64,000 nt of DNA from contig CAWHKX010000004.1 of NCBI GenBank assembly GCA_963830035.1, positions 412,860-476,859 of the forward strand, read 5' to 3'. Position 1 is the first letter of the stretch. Every line of letters begins with the position of its first letter. Both the position numbers and the translations under genes were made by a program. Source of the stretch: an uncultured Actinomycetes bacterium. Its GTDB lineage: Bacteria > Actinomycetota > Thermoleophilia > Gaiellales > Gaiellaceae. Shown piece by piece: positions 17,623 through 26,898 of the stretch. The notes under the pieces were generated by a model. The model was not told the origin of the DNA and did no database searches. It saw nothing but the letters and a program-made list of their open reading frames with translations.

Positions 17623-18756
17623 ATGGCGAACGCATTCAAGCTGCCCGATCTCGGCGAAGGCCTCACCGAAGGGGAGGTCGCAAGATGGCTCGTCGCGGAG
17701 GGACAGACCGTGGACGAGGACGAGCCGCTCGTCGAGATCCAGACGGACAAGGCGACGGTCGAAATTCCCTCTCCCTATGCGGGAACGGTGCTCAAGATCT
17801 ACGTTCCCGAGGGGGAGGTGGCGCCCGTTGGAACCGTGCTCGTGGCGATCGGGGAGCCCGGCGAGACTGTGGAGTCCGGAAAGTCCGGGAAGACCCTCGA
17901 CGCGTCGCCGGCGTCCGCACCCGCTCCAAGCAACAGTCTGTTACAAGACGGCGCAGCGACGACTGGTGTATCCGGGTTGGATCGTGTTCAGGCAACGCCG
18001 CTGGTGCGAAAGGTCGCCGCGGAGCTCGGCGTCGACCTGGGGACGCTCTCGGCCACGGGTTCAGGCGGGCGCATCAGCGAGGACGACGTGCGCGCGGCAG
18101 CCGGTCGCGCGGACACGACCGAAGGGCGACGCGAGCCACTGCGTGGCGTCCGGCGGCTCGTGGCGGAGCACATGACCCGCGCGCACCGGGAGATCCCGGC
18201 GGTCACCTGGGTCGAGGAGTGTGACTTCGAGCACGTCGAGCGGGAGCGGTTGCTCGCGACGGTGGTCTTCGCGGTAGCGAGGTCGCTGGTCGAGTTTCCC
18301 GAGCTCAACGCGCGACTCGAGGACGACGCGATCGTCTACCTCGACCGGTACGACATCGGGGTCGCCGTCCAGACCGACCAGGGACTCGTCGTCCCCGTCG
18401 TCCGCAGCGCGAACACGAGCACGCTCGACGAGCTCGACGTCGAGATCCGCCGGCTCGCCGAAGGTGCGCGGACGGGAGCGTTGAAGCCCGAGGAGGTACG
18501 GGGCTCGACCTTCACGATCACGAGCGCCGGAAAGCTGGCCGGCCTGTTCCAGACCCCGATCGTCAACCACCCCGAGGTCGCGATCCTCAGCCTCGGGCGG
18601 ATCGGGGAGACCCCGGTCGTACGCGAGGGTGAGGTCGTTGTGCGTCGCATGGGAACGATCGCGATCTCGTTCGACCATCGCGTGGTCGACGGCGCGCGGG
18701 CCGCGGAGTTCGGCCTCGCAGTCATCGCTCGGCTCGAGGCGACGACTAGTAGCTAG
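17623..18756 (+). CDS. 2-oxoacid dehydrogenase E2 (dihydrolipoamide acyltransferase)
   Basis: 377 aa. Lipoyl domain VEIQTDKATVEIPSP, E3-binding ATPLVRKVAAELGVDL, catalytic DHRVVDGA. Confidence 0.9.
   Translation: MANAFKLPDLGEGLTEGEVARWLVAEGQTVDEDEPLVEIQTDKATVEIPSPYAGTVLKIYVPEGEVAPVGTVLVAIGEPGETVESGKSGKTLDASPASAPAPSNSLLQDGAATTGVSGLDRVQATPLVRKVAAELGVDLGTLSATGSGGRISEDDVRAAAGRADTTEGRREPLRGVRRLVAEHMTRAHREIPAVTWVEECDFEHVERERLLATVVFAVARSLVEFPELNARLEDDAIVYLDRYDIGVAVQTDQGLVVPVVRSANTSTLDELDVEIRRLAEGARTGALKPEEVRGSTFTITSAGKLAGLFQTPIVNHPEVAILSLGRIGETPVVREGEVVVRRMGTIAISFDHRVVDGARAAEFGLAVIARLEATTSS
17926..17948. repeat. AT-rich 23-mer CCAAGCAACAGTCTGTTACAAGA, degenerate copy of the 23-bp palindrome family; in frame in the E2 linker (PSNSLLQ)
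   Basis: 19/23 identical to 45196-45218. Same reading frame. About 40% GC in ~70% GC DNA. Confidence 0.6.
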
Positions 18757-19959
18757 GGAACGGGAGCCGTCGCCGCGGAAACGGCTCCGCCCGAGCCTGA
18801 CGCGTTGGTTGCGACGACGTGCGCGCGGAGCGTCGAGCGCGAGTCGTTGGCTGCGACCGTGTACGTCGAGGCCGTTGCGCCGGCGACGTCCAGGCAGGCA
18901 CTCCCCGCTGCGTTGCAACGCCGCCACTGGTAGGCGAACGAGATTGGGCTGCCAGTCCAGGCGCCGGTGTCCACGGTCAACGTCGCGCCGACCTGGGCCG
19001 TACCCGAGAGCAACGGCGTCGCCGTCGAGGTGGGAGAGCCCGGCGGGCCGGCGACGACCGAGGTGGAGCCGGAGCTCGTCGCGATCGAGCCGAGCCGGTT
19101 TCGCCCGACCACGGTCACGCGCAGCGTAGAGGCCAGATCGCCGGAGGTGACCGTGTACGTCGCCGACGTCGCTCCCGGAAGGGGTGTGCACCCGGCGCCC
19201 GCGGCGTCGCAGCGCTCCCACTGGAAGGAGAATGCGAGCTGGTCTCCGGTCCAGGTGCCGCGGGTGGCGGAAAGGCCTTGGCCTGGTTGGGGGGTACCTG
19301 AAACGAGCGGCGGCGCCTTCGACACGGGCACGAGGCCGGCTTTCATGCGCGCCGCGCCGGCACGGGCGAGCCGATCGACGTCTGCGTTGTAGATCTTGCG
19401 TTCTGGAAAACCGTAGAACGCGAGGCTGTTCAGGACTCGGTCGACGTGCATGAACGTCAGAACGACCGGGAACCCGAGACCGTCTGTCTCGATCCGCAAC
19501 GGCAGTGACGTCGCCCCGTCGCCGATGCGAAGCGCACGCGGCCGGCCGACGGTGACGTCGTTGCTCGACACCTCGAATACCGTGGACAGCTCTCGCGCGA
19601 GCGCTTCTCGAAACCGCCTGGTTCCGACGAGCACGCGCAGGGTCTGGAACGTCGCTCGCGTGGCGGCTTCGGTGCGCCCGACGTTGAGCTCTGCGAAGAC
19701 GAAGAGCAGACTCGAGCGGCCGACACGTCGTCCGCCGACGGTGAGATCACGCTCGTACGATGCTACGAAGTCCGGATCTCGCCTGTATCCCTGGCGGTCG
19801 ACTTTCGAGCCGCGCAGGGAGATCGGAGACCGCCAGCGCCATGGCTGCGAGATCCGGCGAGCCCGCGGGACGCCCGGCCGTGACCGCTGCACCCGCGGTG
19901 ACGGAGACGATGCCCGCGGCGAGCGCGACGGCGGAGAGGAGCCAGGCGAGGCGACGCAC
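18753..19959 (-). pseudogene. Secreted protein with two C-terminal Ig-like repeats; one frameshift near 19790
   Basis: The signal peptide MRRLAWLLSAVALAAGIVSVTAGAA (ORF 19747..19959) is in a different frame from the body (ORF 18753..20129: ..KVDRQGYRRDPDFVASYE...). Two ~75-aa repeats G..L....G.WTG....F.YQW.RC...G..C..V.GATS.TYTV. Confidence 0.6.
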
Positions 19960-19998
19960 CTCCTGAGTATCCCGGTATCCCCGGCGAGTGCAAGAGGC

Positions 19999-20036
19999 AG
20001 GGGCGGGGTCTGACCAACGGGTCTGACCCCGCCCCT
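19999..20036 (-). terminator. Strong hairpin AGGGGCGGGGTC-N14-GACCCCGCCCCT downstream of the CHRD gene
   Basis: 12-bp GC-rich stem read directly, 14 nt after the stop at 20050. Confidence 0.55.
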
Positions 20037-20049
20037 TCCTCGACGGCTC

Positions 20050-20601
20050 TCAGTCGTCGCGTTGATCCGGATCGTTGATCTGGCCGCGGACCTCGCCGCC
20101 GCCGAACTTCGACGAGTGGACGTTGGCATACGTCCTCCCCGCCCGAATCGCGGCGATCAACTCGGCAAACTCGAGCGGAGCGATTCCCTGTCCGGTCGGG
20201 CCGATGACGTCCGCCGCCACGATCGTGTCGGAGATCGTTCCGGATCGAGCGCCGGGACAGCGCGGAGTCCCTGTCGGTCCCGGCAATGCTTCCGTTCCGC
20301 AGAGCCAGGCCGAGATGCCACCGTTCACGCTGCGTTGACCGAAGTGGATGTGTGCCTGCGTCACGTCCCCCTCGAGGCCCGAGTACTCGAGTGTGTAATC
20401 GAGGCTGCTCGACTCGATCCGGCCTTCGAACGAGCCGTTTGCGCCGCTCGAGACGGGTCCTCCTGGTGCACCTTCCAGGTACCCGCTCATCGGGCCCGTG
20501 TCGACGTTCTTCTTTCCACTGTCCGCCGTCGCATACGAGCCGATCGCCAGCACCGCGATCGCACCCAGCAGCAGCACCGCCAGCGTCGTGCGCTTCCGCA
20601 T
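20050..20601 (-). CDS. CHRD-domain secreted protein
   Basis: 183 aa. Signal peptide MRKRTTLAVLLLGAIAVL. ..DVTQAHIHFGQRSVNGGI.. and ..RTYANVHSSKFGGGEVRGQI are CHRD signatures. Confidence 0.85.
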   Translation of the reverse strand: MRKRTTLAVLLLGAIAVLAIGSYATADSGKKNVDTGPMSGYLEGAPGGPVSSGANGSFEGRIESSSLDYTLEYSGLEGDVTQAHIHFGQRSVNGGISAWLCGTEALPGPTGTPRCPGARSGTISDTIVAADVIGPTGQGIAPLEFAELIAAIRAGRTYANVHSSKFGGGEVRGQINDPDQRDD

Positions 20602-20687
20602 ACCGAACCTCCCCTCTCGTGGGCTTGCACGAAGAGGTACGCGGAGCGGCGTGGTTCGGTTTTCCGTCCTCTCTACACTGGACGGCG

Positions 20688-21107
20688 ATGGGACTCTGGT
20701 ACACGCTCGGGCTCTCGCTCGGTCTCGGGCTCGGATTCGGCGTCATCCTGTCCGGGCTCCTCGGCGTCAACGCGGTGGGCACCGGAGTCGCGGCCCTCGT
20801 CGGTGCGGCGGCCGGCGCTGCTTTTGGATTCGCCGTCGTCGGGGACCTCCCCGAGACGGTTGCGGGTGGCATCGCAGGGCTCATCGGAGCCCTCTCTGCG
20901 GCCGCGGTCGTGCGCGGGGCGATGCGGCGCGGGGCAACTCGCATGGGAATCGCCGCGTACGTGTCGATGGTCGGGCTTCTCGTCTGCCTTCTTGCCCTGA
21001 TCCCTCTCGTCGGCTACATCGTGACGGTGGCGGTGCCGGTGCTCGCCGCACGCATGCGCGGGAAGCAGGCGGCGCGCTATGCCGGCCTGCGAACCCTGGC
21101 CAAGTGA
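20688..21107 (+). CDS. Hypothetical Gly/Ala-rich integral membrane protein
   Basis: 139 aa from MGLWYTLGLSLGLGLGFGV.. inside ORF 20286..21107. Four hydrophobic segments. Confidence 0.55.
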   Translation: MGLWYTLGLSLGLGLGFGVILSGLLGVNAVGTGVAALVGAAAGAAFGFAVVGDLPETVAGGIAGLIGALSAAAVVRGAMRRGATRMGIAAYVSMVGLLVCLLALIPLVGYIVTVAVPVLAARMRGKQAARYAGLRTLAK

Positions 21108-21787
21108 GCTCGGCCGAGCAGACGACACCGCTCGGCCGCGGCGCGGCCGAGGCGCGCGAGCACATGGTCGAGCACCAGCTCCGTCGTCGTGGAAGCTTCG
21201 ACGAACGCGTGCTCGGAGCGATGTCGCGGGTTCGGCGCGAGCGCTTCCTTCCCGAGGAGCTTCGCCATCTCGCCTACGAGGACGGTGCTCTCCCGATCGG
21301 AGGTGGTCAGACGATCTCCCAGCCGTTCATGGTGGCGACGATCTGCCAGCTGCTCGGGCTCACCGGAGACGAGCGGGTGCTCGATGTCGGCACCGGCTCG
21401 GGCTACCAGGCGGCGGTGCTCGCCGAGCTGGCGGCGCAGGTCGTGACCATCGAACGTATCCCCGCACTCGCCGAGCGCGCACGTGCGGCCCTCGAGAAGG
21501 AGGGCTACGCCGACATCGAGGTTCTCGTCGGGGACGGCTCGCTGGGAGCATCCGACTGGGCACCTTTCGACGGCATCGCGGTCGCTGCGGCCGCCCCGAC
21601 GATTCCGCCCGCGCTTACCGAGCAGCTGGGGGAGAGAGGTCGACTCGTCGTCCCCCGCGGAGGCCGGTGGGGTCAGCGTCTCGTGCTCGTCGAGCGCATC
21701 GGGGGTGGTCACCGCGAGCGCGCGGGCGTGCCGTGCAGGTTCGTGCCGCTCGTCGGCGCAGAGGGGTTTTCGGGTGGCCGCACCTAG
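21104..21787 (+). CDS. pcm: Protein-L-isoaspartate O-methyltransferase
   Basis: GTG 21104 (GTGA overlap). ..GQTISQPFMVA.., SAM motif VLDVGTGSGYQAAVLA, DGIAVAAAAP. Confidence 0.9.
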   Translation: MSSAEQTTPLGRGAAEAREHMVEHQLRRRGSFDERVLGAMSRVRRERFLPEELRHLAYEDGALPIGGGQTISQPFMVATICQLLGLTGDERVLDVGTGSGYQAAVLAELAAQVVTIERIPALAERARAALEKEGYADIEVLVGDGSLGASDWAPFDGIAVAAAAPTIPPALTEQLGERGRLVVPRGGRWGQRLVLVERIGGGHRERAGVPCRFVPLVGAEGFSGGRT

Positions 21788-21837
21788 CCCAATGGGGGGT
21801 CGACGCGACCGCTGCTCCCGGCTACTCTGCGACAGTC

Positions 21838-22296
21838 GTGGAGACCTCGGCTGCGGACGTGCGGGTCGGGCTTCGGCGCACCCGCGTGCGCGCCGCGCTC
21901 GGCCGCCGTGGGAACTGGGAGCAACTCGTCAAGTTCTGCTTCGTCGGCGCGACCGGATACCTCGTCAATCTGTGGGTGTTCTCGCTGCTCGTGCTCGTGT
22001 TCGGCGTCCACTACATCCCGGCCGCCGTCGGCTCGTTCCTGGTCGCGGTGACGAACAACTACACGTGGAACCGCCTCTGGACGTTCCGTGAGCAGCGAGG
22101 GAGCGTCGCCTACCAGGGCATGCGGTTCTTCGTCGTTTCGACGCTCGCACTCGTCGCGAACCTCCTGGTTCTGTACGTGCTCGTCGAGATCGGGCTGCCG
22201 GAGATCGTTGCCCAGGCGATCGCGATCGTGCTGGTCACGCCGATCAACTTCGTCGGCAATAAGCTCTGGTCGTTCGGGCCCACTCGCACCCGCTGA
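21838..22296 (+). CDS. GtrA-family membrane protein
   Basis: ..QLVKFCFVGATGYLVNL....NNYTWNRLWTF... NFVGNKLWSF. The start (GTG 21838) is approximate. Confidence 0.75.
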   Translation: METSAADVRVGLRRTRVRAALGRRGNWEQLVKFCFVGATGYLVNLWVFSLLVLVFGVHYIPAAVGSFLVAVTNNYTWNRLWTFREQRGSVAYQGMRFFVVSTLALVANLLVLYVLVEIGLPEIVAQAIAIVLVTPINFVGNKLWSFGPTRTR

Positions 22297-24050
22297 GAGT
22301 CTTTCTCGCAGTCGCGGCCGCCGTCCTGGCCGGCGGGGTCTTCGCATTTCCCACTGCGGCTGCGCCCGGCCAGGAGCCCGCGCGCTTGACCGAGGAGCGG
22401 GCGATCGCCCTCGCGCTCGCCCAGGTCCGAGTCGCAAGCTGGCTCGAGCGCTACCCGCCGGATCCGACGACCTCCGCGACCTTCCGTGACGAGAGCAGAA
22501 CGTGGCTCGTCAAGGTCTGGTCCGGCGAGGCCGGCCAGATCGCGCAGGCGGTCGTCCATGACACGACGGAGAGCGCGAGTGAGGTGCGAACGGGCCCGCA
22601 GGTCGCCTGGGGGATGGCGCGAGGAGGAGAGGGGTCGTTCGGCGGCAAGACGCTCCTGAAGCCGTACGTCTGGCTCGTGTTCTGCCTGGTCTTCTTCGTC
22701 GGGCTCGCCGACCTGCGGCGGCCGTTCTCCCTGCGAAACGCCGACGTACTCGTCCTGCTCTCGTTCTCCGTCTCGCTCGCCTTCTTCGGTCGCGGGGACA
22801 TCTTCACGAGCGTCCCGCTCGTCTATCCGGTCCTCGCGTACCTGCTCGTGCGAAGTATCTGGGTGGGCATTCTCAAGCGAGAGAGCGCGCTCCGACCGGT
22901 CTGGCCCACGTGGGTCTTCGCGGCGGCGGCGATCTTTCTCCTCGGATTCCGGATCGGCCTGAACGTCGAGGCGCCGCGGGGGGTGATCGACGTCGGGCTC
23001 GCCGGCGTCGTCGGCGCGAGCCGCATCCTCGACGGCGAGGCTCCGTACGGGAACATGCCGCAGCGAGGCGACCTCGAGGAGTGCGGACCCGAGGACGCGG
23101 ACGGCGACGTCCGGCAGCGGATTCAGACCAACGGGCGCTGCGAGGCGGCGATCGAGCGCGGGGACACGTACGGGCCGATCGCCTACGCCGCCTACGTTCC
23201 CGCGACGCTCGTCTTTCCGTGGAGCGGAAAGTGGGATTCGCTCCCGGGCGCGCACGCGACGTCGATCCTGTTCGACCTCCTGACCATCCTCGGGCTCGGA
23301 CTCGTCGGGTTCCGCTTCGGGGGTGTGCGGCTTGCAGCCATCCTGGCATTCGCCTGGTGCGCCTACCCGTTCACGGCGTACACCCTGAACGCGAACACCA
23401 ACGACACGATCATGCCCGCGTTCCTCGTCTTCGGCTTCTGGCTCGCCTCGTCGGTCTGGGCGCGCGGCACGGCCGTCGCGCTCGCAGGCTGGACGAAGTT
23501 CGGCGGACTGCTCCTGGCGCCGCTCTGGGCCAGCTACCCCGCGTTCGAGCTGCGGCGCCTCGTACGCTTCGCCCTCGCGTTCGGTCTGGCGACCCTCGTC
23601 TCGTTCGCGATCCTCCTGCTGGAGCCCGATCTCCAGGACGCGATTCGCACCTTCTGGAGCCGCACCGTCGGCTTCCAGGCCGGACGCGACTCCCCGTTCT
23701 CGCTCTGGGGGTGGGGCCAGTACCACGCGGAAGGCATCCCCGATCTGGGATTCCTGCAGCCGGTCTTCGCGGTTCTCGCCGTCGTCCTCGCAGTCGTCGT
23801 GGCGTTCGTGCCGCGGGAGAAGGGCCCGATCGAGCTCGCGGCGCTGACCACGGCGGTCCTCGTCGCCTTCCAGCTCACGCTGACCCACTGGTTCTATCTC
23901 TACCTGCCCTGGTTTCTCCCCTTCGTACTGCTCTGGCTCCTATTACCGCGCGATCACGAGAACGGAATGCGGACGGCCTCGATGGCAGACGCCTTGCCGG
24001 ACCCGGAGTCGCAGTCGATCACGGCGCCTTCGATCCGCACGTCCCCCTGA
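22293..24050 (+). CDS. Polytopic membrane glycosyltransferase (GT87/DUF2029-like) with an N-terminal anchor and PepSY-like domain
   Basis: ORF-track start is TTG 22386. The same frame is open upstream and encodes a signal/anchor RVFLAVAAAVLAGGVFAFPTAAAP, beginning with CTG 22293 in a CTGA overlap with the gtrA-like stop. More than 10 TM helices follow. Confidence 0.75.
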   Translation: MRVFLAVAAAVLAGGVFAFPTAAAPGQEPARLTEERAIALALAQVRVASWLERYPPDPTTSATFRDESRTWLVKVWSGEAGQIAQAVVHDTTESASEVRTGPQVAWGMARGGEGSFGGKTLLKPYVWLVFCLVFFVGLADLRRPFSLRNADVLVLLSFSVSLAFFGRGDIFTSVPLVYPVLAYLLVRSIWVGILKRESALRPVWPTWVFAAAAIFLLGFRIGLNVEAPRGVIDVGLAGVVGASRILDGEAPYGNMPQRGDLEECGPEDADGDVRQRIQTNGRCEAAIERGDTYGPIAYAAYVPATLVFPWSGKWDSLPGAHATSILFDLLTILGLGLVGFRFGGVRLAAILAFAWCAYPFTAYTLNANTNDTIMPAFLVFGFWLASSVWARGTAVALAGWTKFGGLLLAPLWASYPAFELRRLVRFALAFGLATLVSFAILLLEPDLQDAIRTFWSRTVGFQAGRDSPFSLWGWGQYHAEGIPDLGFLQPVFAVLAVVLAVVVAFVPREKGPIELAALTTAVLVAFQLTLTHWFYLYLPWFLPFVLLWLLLPRDHENGMRTASMADALPDPESQSITAPSIRTSP

Positions 24051-24736
24051 GCCGTCTCGAAGCGCACTGGGAGACCCGTACGCATTCGCCTGATCGCGAG
24101 CTCGGCCTCGACGCCGATCACGGAGTCGTGCGGGCCGGTCATGCCTGCGTCCGTGATGAAGGCAGTGCCGTTCGCAAGCACCCGCGCATCGGATGTCTGG
24201 ACGTGCGTGTGGGTACCGACGACCGCCGTCACGCGGCCGTCGAGCCAGCGCGCGAGCGCGGCCTTCTCGCTCGTCGCCTCGGCATGCACGTCCACGAGGA
24301 CGAGCGGCGTCTGCGAGACGGCCTCGTCGACCAGCTCGTCCACGACCTCGAACATGGAGGTCGCCGGATCGAGGAACAAGGACCCGAGGACGTTGATCAC
24401 CGCGAGCCGGGCGCCGTTTCCCGTGGACACGATCGTGACGCCGCGGCCCGGCGTGTTCCGCGAGGCGTTGGCGGGACGGATAAGCCGATCCGAGCCTTCC
24501 AGGTAGGGGCCGATCTCCGAGCGCCGGAAGGCGTGGTTCCCGAGCGTGATGGCATCCGCGCCCGCAGCTAGCAGCCGGTCCGCGAGGCGAGGCGTGATCC
24601 CGATCCCGTCGGCGGCGTTCTCCCCGTTCACGACGCAGACGTCGATCTCGAGATCGCTGCGCAGCGTGGGGAGCAGCGCTTCGAGGGCACTCCGGCCGGG
24701 AGCGCCCACGACGTCGGCGATGAACAGGATGCGCAG
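23954..24736 (-). CDS. YmdB-like metallophosphoesterase (TIGR00282 family)
   Basis: (L/M)RILFIADVVG..VNGENAADGIGIT..GNHAF...DVHAEATSEK..GTHTHVQT. The canonical N-terminus starts at CTG 24736. The only canonical start is TTG 24823, which adds 29 aa. Confidence 0.85.
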   Translation of the reverse strand: MRILFIADVVGAPGRSALEALLPTLRSDLEIDVCVVNGENAADGIGITPRLADRLLAAGADAITLGNHAFRRSEIGPYLEGSDRLIRPANASRNTPGRGVTIVSTGNGARLAVINVLGSLFLDPATSMFEVVDELVDEAVSQTPLVLVDVHAEATSEKAALARWLDGRVTAVVGTHTHVQTSDARVLANGTAFITDAGMTGPHDSVIGVEAELAIRRMRTGLPVRFETAQGDVRIEGAVIDCDSGSGKASAIEAVRIPFS

Positions 24737-24832
24737 GGCTTGGAGGTTAGCCGCCGCGAAGCGGACGCCTTCAGGGATCCTGCGCGACCGGAAGTCCGCG
24801 CGAGCGGATTGCAGTCTGCGCAAGTACGCGGG

Positions 24833-25600
24833 CTACGGGACGCCGAGCGTCGCGGACAGGTACACCTGAATCGCGACGTTGTTGCCACCATCGGCTGCGA
24901 AACGGGCGAGCGCCTGCCGCTCGAGCCTGCTGATGTCCGCGACCCGCCCGAGCTTCGAGGAACCGGCGGCCACGTTCGCCCCCACTGTCAGGCCCGTGTC
25001 AGGCCGCACGTTCTGGAGGGAGACGACGAGCGACGGCGCTGATGTCGGCCTCAACTCGATCTCCGCCCCGACCTTGCGGCCCGAGACGAGCTGGTCTCGG
25101 ATCGCGATCACGGTTCCGTCCACGGGCGAATAGACGTCGGTTCCCGCGACTGCTCCGACGTCCAGCGTACGGAGTGCTCCGCCTTCGAGCTGATACCAGC
25201 CGAGCCCCTCCCGCGAGTAGCCGGTGATCTTGCGCCAGAGCCGCGCGACCAATCCCTCGTTCGCCTGCGGTCCGACGGGATGGAGCTCGAGCGCGCCTTC
25301 GTCCGATCCGTGGAATCCGACGGCTGTCACACCGCCCTGGGCGACGGGCGATTGCACCCGGAGGTTGCCAACGGTGGCGAGCACCTGTGGCTCGGGCGGA
25401 GCCGAGGTGACGGGCAGCGGAGCCGGAACGGGAGCTCCTGCGGAGCTCGGCACGGCATTGTCGTCGAACGCCGTCAGGAGCAGCGTCGCGACGGCGACCA
25501 CGCCGACCACCATGGCGACCGCAAACCACCGTGCTCTCGCCTGAGCCCGCCGCCTGTTGGCACGCAGCCTGGCGGCATGCCGTGAGCGCGGAGTTGCCAT
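24833..25600 (-). CDS. Membrane-anchored hypothetical protein (possible degenerate M23/LytM-like barrel)
   Basis: 255-aa ORF. Basic N-terminus plus TM helix WFAVAMVVGVVAVATLLL. Normal composition. No metal-ligand motif recognised. Confidence 0.55.
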   Translation of the reverse strand: MATPRSRHAARLRANRRRAQARARWFAVAMVVGVVAVATLLLTAFDDNAVPSSAGAPVPAPLPVTSAPPEPQVLATVGNLRVQSPVAQGGVTAVGFHGSDEGALELHPVGPQANEGLVARLWRKITGYSREGLGWYQLEGGALRTLDVGAVAGTDVYSPVDGTVIAIRDQLVSGRKVGAEIELRPTSAPSLVVSLQNVRPDTGLTVGANVAAGSSKLGRVADISRLERQALARFAADGGNNVAIQVYLSATLGVP

Positions 25601-25689
25601 TTCCCGGACCGTAGCAAGGTCGGCGGCAGGACACGAAGCCTCCCGTACACACCTGAAGATTCCGGGAACGGCCGCGATACGATCCGGCC

Positions 25690-26889
25690 ATGGCCGGCCC
25701 CGGCCCGACGATCCAGATTCCGCGATGGATTCAGCTCGTGGGCCTGCCCGTGCTGCTCGTGCTCGCGTTCTTCCTGGCGAGCACGCTCGGCCACGTCCTC
25801 TTCCTCTTTCTCACCGCTTCCGTGATCGCGTTCATGCTGAACCCGCTGGTACGTGACCTGAGCAAGCTAAGAGTCCCGCGCGCGCTCTCGGTGATCATCG
25901 TGTACGCGATCTTCGCGGCGATCGTCGTCGCGCTCCTGATCGCGATCGGCGTCGTCGCATTCGATCAGGCTCGGAACGCCGCCGAGCGCGTGGACGACTA
26001 CGTGACCGACGTCGACTCGGCGACCGGTCAGACCGCGGCCGAGCTGGACATCGACGGCCTACAGGTCTGGCTCGACGACCATGGCCTCGAGAGCATCGAG
26101 GTTCGGGAGCAGGTCAACGAGTGGATCGACTCGCTCGGGACCGGCGAGATCTCCGGATACGTGCAGGACGGGATCGAGTTCGCCCAGGGAGCCGCGATCT
26201 CCGTGCTGTTGCTGCTCTTCTCGGCGATCCTGATCGTCGTCATCTCCATCTACATGCTGCTCGACATGCCCCGGCTCGAACGCTCCATCGACCTGCGCTT
26301 CCCACCCCACGGCGGCCCGCCGCTGACCAACCAGATCGAGTCCGCGCTCTGGGGCTACGTGAAGGGCCAGGCGATCCTCTCGACCGTCATCGGCACGAGT
26401 GCCGGGGTCGGGATGTGGATTCTCGGCAAGACCGGGTTGGTCGAAGGTGCGGACGAGTACGCACTGCTCTTCGGGCTCTGGACTGCGTTCATCGAGGTGA
26501 TCCCGTACATCGGACCGTGGCTTTCCGCGGTGCCGCCCGTGATCTACGCGCTGTTCGTCGACCCGATCGGGGTGATCTGGGTCGGCCTGCTCTTCCTGTT
26601 CATCTACCAGGTGGAAGGGCACATCGTGGTCCCGAACGTCATGGCGAGCGCGCTTCGCCTGCATCCGCTACTCGTGATCTTCGGCCTGCTCGCCGGAGGC
26701 GAGCTGTACGGGATCGCCGGCGTGCTGGTCGCCCTGCCGACGATGGCCGGGCTGCGGGCCGTGTGGGGATTCTTCCGGCCGAGGATCCGTCTCCAGCCTT
26801 GGGACGAGGGGCCGACCGACATTCCGGTGGAGGTGCAGCTCGAGCCTCCCCAGGTGGAGCCGCCGCGCGCGGCCAGCCGTTCGGGATAG
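25690..26889 (+). CDS. AI-2E family transporter (PerM/UPF0118)
   Basis: 399 aa, 7-8 TM helices, family-typical ..FIEVIPYIGPW.. and ..VEGHIVVPNVM.. Confidence 0.9.
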   Translation: MAGPGPTIQIPRWIQLVGLPVLLVLAFFLASTLGHVLFLFLTASVIAFMLNPLVRDLSKLRVPRALSVIIVYAIFAAIVVALLIAIGVVAFDQARNAAERVDDYVTDVDSATGQTAAELDIDGLQVWLDDHGLESIEVREQVNEWIDSLGTGEISGYVQDGIEFAQGAAISVLLLLFSAILIVVISIYMLLDMPRLERSIDLRFPPHGGPPLTNQIESALWGYVKGQAILSTVIGTSAGVGMWILGKTGLVEGADEYALLFGLWTAFIEVIPYIGPWLSAVPPVIYALFVDPIGVIWVGLLFLFIYQVEGHIVVPNVMASALRLHPLLVIFGLLAGGELYGIAGVLVALPTMAGLRAVWGFFRPRIRLQPWDEGPTDIPVEVQLEPPQVEPPRAASRSG

Positions 26890-26898
26890 CTTCCCGTC

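Noticed and set aside
22110-23888. 592-aa minus-strand ORF antisense to the GT87-like gene
   Set aside because: Extreme Arg/Glu/Asp/Pro composition and no recognisable motif. It exactly shadows a well-supported polytopic membrane protein on the + strand, which is a typical high-GC antisense artefact.
23954-24050. 97-nt convergent overlap between the GT87-like gene and the YmdB-like gene
   Set aside because: The last ~30 codons of the GT87-like ORF look like unconserved read-through to the first available stop. This is probably not biologically meaningful.
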